From NCBI GenBank assembly GCA_043228905.1, contig JBHGNT010000002.1:6634001-6698000 (forward strand): a stretch of 64,000 nt of DNA, given 5' to 3'. This document shows positions 55,131 to 64,000 of the stretch, piece after piece. This stretch comes from Azolla caroliniana (Eukaryota; Plantae; Polypodiophyta). Positions within the stretch are counted from its first letter, which is position 1, and every line of letters begins with the position of its first letter. The translations under genes and the position numbers were made by a program. The notes beneath the pieces are model-generated. The model made no database searches and was not told where the DNA came from. It saw only the letters and a program-made list of their open reading frames with translations.

Positions 55131-58100
55131 CCACATGGGCCGAATCAGGAGATAAGGTCAATAAGCTGTTCTCTGCAGTGCATAATCATCATAAGTCATC
55201 TGCTAGAATTTCTCGATTAAAATGTCCTGGCAGCTCCTATACCATTGATCCTAATCAGATGTGGCAAATAGCCTCTCATTATTATGAGACGTTGTTAAAA
55301 GCTAAACCCTTTTTGGAGGGACATCATCTGGTCTAGGATTCATAATAGGGTGTTTATACAACTTTTAGGTTGTCTTTTGCAACCATTAAGTTCTCAAGAG
55401 GTTTTGAATGCAGTAAAAGCCCTTGCAAAAGATGTTTGTCTCGGTTTGGATGGGTTGGGAGTTCAATGGTATATCCAATATGGGGATTTGATAAGTGATG
55501 GGCTGACCAAAGCTTATCAACAGATTTTAGATTCCGGAAATATGCCACAAGAGTGGAAGGAGCGTTTAATCTATATGATTCCTAAAACAAATGGACAGTT
55601 AGAAGAGCTTAACCATTGGAGACCAATCACCTTGTTGAATGTTATTTATAAGATATTAGCAAAAACGATAGCTAGACGGTTACAACCTTATCTTTCGGAG
55701 TTGATTCATGATACAGACTAGTTTTTAGCAAGAGCGAAGTATTTTTTATAATATTATTCTTTTTTGGGACATGATGACATTTGCTAAATTGCAAAAGCAA
55801 GATCTGGCGATGTTATTTCTTGATTTTGAAAAAGCTTATGACAGAGTGGACTTGGATTTTGTGGAGGGAACACTATTCAAGATGGGCTTTCCAAGCAGAT
55901 GGATATGCGGAGTATTAGCATTATATCGTAATGCATATAACTCTCTGTTATTTGTAGGAGATATTGGTAGGCGGTTTTCTATTTCAAGACCAGTATGGTA
56001 GGGATGTCCACTTGCTCCTTTCCTGTTTTTGCTAGTATCTAAAGCATTTTCCGTACATTTAAATTCTCAATACGTAAATATTAAAGGTTTAGCACTACTA
56101 GTGGCAAATGCTGGTGTGGATTGCGAATTCGCTGATGATACAACTTTATATGTTTAGGCCTCACATTGTAATTTGTTAGAGGTGCAAAAGGTCGTGGATG
56201 ATTTCTCACATGCATCGGGTGCATTGATAAATTGGGATAAATCATCAGGTTTTTGGGTCGCTTTGGGAGATGTGCCAGTTAATGTACCTTCCTTAGGATT
56301 CACGTGGATACCTCAAGGTCGGTCTATTAGGTATCTAGGTTGTCGAGTGGGTGTGGGATTAAAGATAGAAGATATGATTGCGTCGTTATTGTTAAGATTA
56401 AGGAAGAAACTAGTATATTGGAATAAGGAAAAATTATCCTTAGTTGGACGTGTAGTTGTAGCTAATTTGGTGCTTTTGTCCTCGATTTGGTATATAGCCT
56501 ACATGGTTGTTTTCTAGGTCAATAATGTTGAAAGTTCAACGTTTAGTACGTAATTTTATTTGGGGGAACAATAGTTCAGGCAATTTTGTAGCAAAGGTAG
56601 CTTGGTCTATTCTGATACAATCTAAACAAAAAGGAGGTTTAGGTTTGATTGATCCATTTATGCAAAGTTTACTTACTAAACATGTTGTTAGGATTTTATT
56701 GCCAAGAGAGGAGCTATGGGAAAAGCTATGGATTCAACATTTACATAAGGTCAAGCCATCGGTAGGTGGTCAATGGAATGATAGACTTAGATGGTTTTTT
56801 AATGCAGATTTTCAGCTACCTAAGTCAAATGTTGGATCGTTACGGTTCATTAATGGAATTTTTCATGGTTGGGAAAGTCTTCAGCAAGCACTTGCTTTCT
56901 TGCCACCGAGAAGCTATCATTAATTTATGCATCAACCATTGATATGGAATCCTTTATTTACTGATGAAGCTACATGTGTTTTGGGTTTACACCCTAGGTT
57001 ATCGTGGGCTGCAATGGACAATGGTCCAACTTGTACAATTGTGGATTGGATAAAGTTTCTACAGTCTTCAACGCAGGATCAAAGCAATAGGTTATCTAAC
57101 TTAAGAGGGGCTAAGATCATGTTATCGCAATTGACCACAATGCATAACATCATAGTGCCAATGTTGCAATTCAATCATTTTCTGAGTTGGTACAGTATGT
57201 TCTCGACACTCAATATACTCATAGGAGCTCGATTATATCATCAAAATGGCAGCCTCGATTTTTATGAAGTTATGGACAATGGTAAGTTGATACTAGTGGA
57301 TGTGGAGTCTCCAATCATGTTAGCTACGAAGCAGCTGCCAATGCGAGTAATTGCTAGATTAGATAAAAAACAATATATCGATCCTAGTCCACTAATTGCT
57401 CATTTCTCACCTCATATTTGGGTGTTACACTCTAGGCCAATTGACAATCTGCAGTGGGATCGGATTATGGTTGGAAACTGTTCATGTCTGACTCTTTGAC
57501 TAAGGTCCTCCCTTTCTTCACATATTCAGTGGCATTTGGGAGGAATTTTACGTTGAATCAGATTGACTCGATACTTCCTGGAAAAAAGTATTGGGTGGAA
57601 GGTAATGTCTCATCTTCTCATATGGTGATGTTTTGGAAACAGTTTTGGTCAATTAAATGCATGAATAAGATATTGCATATTCGGTGGTTGATGATTCTTT
57701 ATGCATTGCCAGTAGGTGATTTGCTAAGGGGATCGGTGAGTAATCGGTCATGTGTTATGTGTGGGTATGCGTCTGCGACATTGCATCAAAAACCTTTTGG
57801 TGTCAAATTCTTAGGCTTCTAGGTCGTAAGTATAGATCGGCTATTTTCACATGGGGTGCAGTCTTTTGGGGAATGTTGGATCAACAAAGAGCTTTTTATC
57901 CTTATCATCATTCTTCCTTGTCTTTACATGTAAGAAGTTTTCAAGTATATTCTACTTCAAGTTTCTTGGAGGGAATTAAGTTCTTCTCGAGGAGTTATGT
58001 TTGGCAGATTGTCTCCTCATTGGCTTTATGGGTTCTTTGGAAAGCTAGGTGTTCCAAGTTATACAATGATGAAAACACTCACGTTGTGTATCAGGTAAAG

Positions 58101-59110
58101 ACTTTTTGGAACTTATTAGTACATATAGTTAAAGGTGATTATGATAGTTATAAGGGTTCCGGAAACACAATTATTCGGAAAAGACGGAGAATTCGCCGAG
58201 TTTGGTAAGCTATTCCTATAATGTTAGATGCATGCGCTAAGGTCAGGTGGAATTACGTACCACCTCGGTGGTTGTTCCCGCTACCGAGACCATTCTTACT
58301 ACAAACAACATGAGTTAACATGGACGAGGTGGTTGCGGAATGTAGGAAGGCTCTTGGAATGTACAAGGTGTGGCGCAGAGTATTTTGATGAAGTAGGAAA
58401 TTTTTTGAATTAATTTTTGGCTGTCAGTACAGGATTTTAGCGGGAGTTGGCAAAAATACTGAGATAATCGGAGATAGCGAGATGGTGGATGTGGATATGA
58501 AGAAGTTGGTTTTTTGTTTTTGTGAGTAGGAGGAGTGATGTTGGTGTGGGGGATGAAGCAGATTATTATGAGAAGGTGAGGAATTTTTTACACTCATTTT
58601 TTTACTGTTAGTACAGGATTTGCCCGGTAATCGGCGACATGGAAAGAGGGTTAGCGAGATGTTGCAGATGTGGGCTGAGTTAAGAAGATGTTATGGTTCT
58701 CATAGGTTGAGGTATGATGGCGATGGGGTTTGAAGCATAAGTATCATGACGAGAGGATGAGTGGTGATGGTGTGAGGGCCGAAGACGATCATGAGGGGAT
58801 GAGGAGACTCTTTTTGTTGTTATTTTTACAGGACTTTGGTGGTAAGCGGCGAGATAGTTGATGCGGATCGACCAAAGCAGAATTATGTTTTGTGATAAGG
58901 TTGAGTGAAGATGGTGGGGGATCGAAGCAGATTTTCTTGTTGAGGTGAGGAGGACATAGATCATCTTGTTTTAGGGAGATTAATTACAAGTACATTTTCA
59001 ATGTTAGTGGAGATGAAGGACATGCTCTTTGCGACATGCTCTTTTCAATGCGCGCACACATGTGTGGGTCATATTTGATCATTGGTCTCGTACTCTCATG
59101 GTTGTCTTAA

Positions 59111-59743
<633 letters not shown>

Positions 59744-60116
59744 TAAAGAGAGAAGAAGATTGGAAATTTTGTGTTTTGAAAGGAAAGACCAAATTTTATT
59801 ATTCCCATTCTCTTAATTAATAAAGTTCCTAAACTCCCATAAGTTTTTAGAAGATTAATAATGCCAAGAATTTTGGAACCAACGAAAAACATTGTGTCTT
59901 TTGAGTAAAATGTTTAATCACCACAAGTATAGTGTTCATGATGATATATTTATCATAATAACATCATACAGATATTACAAGGGTTCATTATTAATGTCAC
60001 TAGGATTTACTCAAACTTATTTTGAGATTCATTATGGTACAAATATGAACTATCTTGAGTGTCACAAAGTGTGATTATAAATACTTTGAAGCTGCATCCA
60101 ATGCGATTGTCGAACT

Positions 60117-61252
60117 TTAAGCATTGACAAAACGGCAATTCCTTCGGATTTGGCCGTTGGGAGCTAAAAGAGGGCTAATGTCACCCATTTTGACCATAGA
60201 TCTCGCAAACGCGGCAAAGAAGGCCTTTTGGTTACTAGCAAAAGCATTGACCAATCGGATGGTGGCAGCGCCAGGCGTTGACAGCAACTCTTGGTCGGAG
60301 GCGAGAAGTCCTTTGGAGAACTTGAGGTTCTTGAAGTATTTGTTGTCGAACACATCGGGGGTGGTAACGTCGAGGTTGGCAGGGGCTTCCGAGGTCAACG
60401 CGGTGGACGGGGGCCCGCAAAACGCCCGTAATAGGTCCGAGTAAGAAGTGGAGAGGGTGGGGTCGGGTAGTCCGGTTCCGTTGAAGTTGTAGAGGCGTGG
60501 GGCGACAAATGAGCAACGAGCTCGGCCGATGGTGTGAGCGCCGGACAAGGAAGCGACGTCGTCCTCCGAGAGGCCGACGGCTGCGAACTTGGCGATGATG
60601 GTGGCCAACGATTCAAAGGCTCCAGGGAGCATGGTGTTGGCGGCTGAGGTGTTAGCGCGGAGGCTATCACGCCGGCCCAATTTCACGTCCCACGAGGGGC
60701 CCTGGACTTGGACAACAGCGTCTCGTGCCACGATGGCGAGGATGTCGGCGCACGAAACGACGCCAGGGCATGCGTCTTCGAGCCGCGATTTGATGGCATC
60801 CACGACCTGGAATCCGTCGAGGGAGTTCCGGTTGGGCGCCGCATTCTTCTCGCCCTTGCTCGTGGCGGTGTCGTCCAACAAGACCGAAGCATCACATCCC
60901 TGCATGACGGATCAAACACCACAACAACAACAACAACAACACTTAGACACATTCGATGCTAATGGATACGAGAATGCGTCGATGAATTCCGGGTTACATG
61001 TACGAAGCAGTCGTGGAAGTGTAGACGGAGCAACGCGGCGGCCATGGTTGGGTCGCTCCGAACCGCTGATCTGACGCGATGCCTCACAATCCTGAAAACG
61101 GACGGACATGATCGCTCGTAGAATCTCGGGGAGAGGGCTCGTGGAGGCCCATGGTGGCCTCCAGTGGCAGCCATAGAAGCCACCATGGAGGAGCTAATAA
61201 TGATGGCCAGAAGCAGAGTAATATGAATAGAGAGAGTGCTAAATCTCGTCAT
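60117..61252 (-). CDS. PRX: Class III secretory peroxidase (Prx-b2), intact duplicate of Prx-b1
   Basis: Exons are 60998-61252 and 60117-60899. It differs from Prx-b1 by two amino acids (T/A, N/D). Confidence 0.96.
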
Positions 61253-62402
61253 GATCAGATCTATTAACTTCTGTATATGTATGTGTATGTGTAGGAAATC
61301 AATGGTTTCTGGTTCATGACCATATCTGCAGCTTTTATGGTAGCTCACAAGTGTACGTCTAGCATCACCCTCTTTTTTTTTGGGTCTTTCTTTTGTACTA
61401 TCCTAAAAGTAGCTGTTAGTACCGAAAATGCAAAGGCATGATTCATGAACTCTTAAGTCAACTAGTCCGAATGGTTATAAAGTACTTTGATGATTATAAT
61501 GTGGGCGTTTCTCTTGTACTAACATATTTAAAGGTAATCGCTACTTATACATTAGCCCTCGACGGGTTGACCAGCTTGCCAGCTTGCAATCTGTTCTCCT
61601 GTCCATCTTCTCCTTTTGGCTTCTTTTACATACCCCTTTCCCTATGCCGGGGCACGAGTATGTTGCATCTATTTTTAGGGTTAGTATTCGTGCACGCTTG
61701 TTTGGGTAGATTAAAGTTCATGTATGTATATACGAGGGCGTGCCATAATATGCTAGGGTATTCTAGAGATTTTAAAAATATGTTAGTGTTACGGTTAGTG
61801 TCATCACGTGCTAGGGTATTGTAGAGACTTTTAAAATATGTTAGTGTTTGTGTTAGTGCATGATTTTCTCTTCACAAGTGCTCGTTCAAACCAACATCAT
61901 TACCTTTATCCCCATGATCAACATCGATTTCCCTATTTATATCATTATGGGCCTATAACGCAACTTTTGTGGGGTTGCATAGACTCAATTCAAGTTATAT
62001 TTATATTTATTTTAAACCCTTGGAATTTGGTATACATTATCTGTAGTCAACTATTTGCTTAATAAAAATGACAAAGAGGAAGTTTCCTTCGCAAGTGCAA
62101 TAAAGGAAATTGCATAAAGTAAACATTGCAGAAGCCCCAATCTACAAAGTGCACAAAATATTGTTATAACAGTTATGAACCGTTCAAACTACATTAGATC
62201 GTAATTTTGTTGGAAAGCTTGAACATGTCCCTATGGCCTACCTCCACTTGGAGACCATACACACCTGAAATATATGTAAGAGGAAATTTTGTCCCATTAC
62301 ATGGAAGTCGATAATGATATGTATGCACATCATATCAATTTAATGTATGCTTCTTCATAACCATTCCTATTATCATAGTCTTGCTTGTGCCACTAAGAAA
62401 GA

Positions 62403-62733
62403 CTATGATAATAGGAGTCCTAATAAAAAAGTAGGCAATGCCCCAACAAACACTCACTTATGCATTGAGGATTGAGTGTGAACAAAATGCTTATCTCCAT
62501 GTCCATCCATTCACATTACTGTTATTTGTCCATTGGTGGCCATTGTTTTGCTAAATCTTGAACCCCAAGCTATGATAATAGGAGTCCTAATAAAAAAGTA
62601 GGCCATGCCCCAACAAACACTCACTTATGTGTTGAGCATCGAGTGTGAACAAAATGCTTATCTCCATGTCCATCCATTCACATTACTGTTATTTGTCTAT
62701 TGGTGGCCATTGTTTCGCTAAATCTTGAACCCC
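62403..62733. repeat. 167-bp tandem duplication preceded by an 18-bp inverted repeat
   Basis: ctatgataataggagtcc..ttgaaccc occurs at 62403 and 62570. The inverted repeat arms are 62365-62382 and 62399-62416. Confidence 0.88.
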
Positions 62734-62823
62734 TAACCATTCAATCCTATAAGCTGCTACCAATTACACTATGTCTTTTTGTTATCACTTATTTGTGCTA
62801 CCCTTAATTTTCCATGTAACTTG

Positions 62824-64000
62824 TGTTGGGATTACGGTCCCTTCGGATGGGATGGTCGGATATCGGAGATGAATGCCGACAAGCCCGGTTTCGGTTTCGG
62901 AACCGGATGATGAAGACCCCGGCTTCGGAGCCGGATGACGAATGTACCCGGAGCGAGATCCGAATGCAGGGACATATCTGTGAATATGTTTGCCAAGGGC
63001 CCTTGAGGCTATAGTTGTAAATAGCCCCAAAGTCATATGTGTATAAATATGACTTAGGGCAAACAGTTTTGTAGTTGCTACTCATTTTTCTGTTTTTCCA
63101 CTCAAGAGGAGTGAAGAGAGAGCAGCCGTGAGAGAGATAGAGCGTGAGAGAGGAGGAGGTCGACGCCTCTGTGTATTTCCGCCGCCTGTGGCGAGGACAA
63201 CGAGCTCAAGGTCGTCGCCTTGCAGCTCGCCATTGTATATTTCTCTGTGCATAGTTTTGGTTTGGAGTCTTGTACTCCCGTGGTTTTTCCCGTCTAGGGT
63301 TTTCCACGTTAATCCCTGTGTATTCGTGTTCTTTCTCTGTGGTTCCTATTTTCTGCTGCATTGATTCGTGCTTACTCGGTTGTGGCCGAGTGGTGAAGGT
63401 TAATCGGAGCGTCGATTTCTCTACAAACTGGTATCAGAGCGACTGCTGCAGAAAATGGAAGGCGGCGGCAGCGGGCAGCCGGGGATGATGGTGCTGAATG
63501 CGCAGAATTACGCCGACTGGAAGATCAAGATGGAGGATCTTCTAATTGTTCGGGACCTGTACGAACCGATCGACAGGTCGGAAATACCGAAGGGGGTACT
63601 TGAGTCGGAATGGAGGCTTCTGAACCGGAAAGCCGTAGCAACCATTCGGCAATACGTAGACGTGAGCGTTCTACAACATGTGGCGAACGACACCAATGCA
63701 TATGAGATGTGGCGGAAGCTGTCGGGCCTCTACGAGAGGAAGAATGCGTTGAACCGGACCTCCCTGATGAGGAAGATAGTGAACCTCAAGTACCGGGACG
63801 GCGAGAGTATGGTGGAACACGTAAGCACGTTCATGGGATTCGTGAACCAGCTTGCGGCGATCAAGTTCCCGCTGGAGGATGCAATGCAAGCCATCATTCT
63901 GATGTGTACATTGCCGGAAAGCTGGGAGAACTTGGTGGTGACTCTCAACACCTCCTGCACCGAAGATAACTTGTCCCTACAAACGGTAAAGACAAGTATT
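62824..64000 (+). mobile_element. Ty1/copia element D, 5' end (LTR, PBS, gag); runs off the window
   Basis: The LTR runs from TGTTGGG to about 63425, with the PBS TGGTATCAGAGC at 63429-63440. Confidence 0.88.
63455..64000 (+). CDS. Copia gag (UBN2-type), partial
   Basis: MEGGGSGQPGMMVLNAQNYADWKIKMEDLL..LNRKAVATIRQYV..LPESWENLV is open to the window end. Confidence 0.85.
   Translation, partial: MEGGGSGQPGMMVLNAQNYADWKIKMEDLLIVRDLYEPIDRSEIPKGVLESEWRLLNRKAVATIRQYVDVSVLQHVANDTNAYEMWRKLSGLYERKNALNRTSLMRKIVNLKYRDGESMVEHVSTFMGFVNQLAAIKFPLEDAMQAIILMCTLPESWENLVVTLNTSCTEDNLSLQTVKTSI

Larger units (their letters stand above)
52515..59027 (+). mobile_element. L1-like LINE (ORF1 remnant, ORF2 RT), interrupted by a gypsy fragment, tail deleted
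   Basis: An ORF1-like region is at 52551-53000. RT motifs WRPITLLNVIYKILAK, LDFEKAYDRV, GCPLAP, FADD and RYLG are present. Confidence 0.9.

Overview
This is eukaryotic plant DNA, probably from a seed-free land plant such as a fern (inference from the TE types and abundant (AG)n/(AC)n tracts). The left end holds the 5' eight exons of an MRG-family chromatin reader gene on the minus strand, including a 14-nt microexon. The rest is a TE-rich class III peroxidase cluster with three intact single-intron genes (21094-22242 +, 25375-26510 -, 60117-61252 -) and pseudogenes, nested among Ty1/copia, Ty3/gypsy, LINE and hAT elements. Split target-site duplications (TSDs) and junctions show a tandem segmental duplication (about 12040-34797 versus 34801-62244) followed by reciprocal deletions. 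The most notable observations are: (1) a gypsy LTR carrying a 112-bp peroxidase exon fragment, antisense to the element, about 0.9 kb upstream of an intact peroxidase; (2) a copia element flanked by an 847-bp duplication instead of a 5-bp TSD; (3) a GGAUUUU plus stem-loop -1 frameshift signal located after the protease in that tRNA-Trp-primed gypsy; (4) a self-priming Tf1/Tcn1-type LTR; (5) an unclassified module of palindromic TAGCTAATTAGCTA repeats, an unknown ORF and an 84-bp repeat that replaces a copia gag. All coordinates and difference counts were read by eye and no database searches were run.
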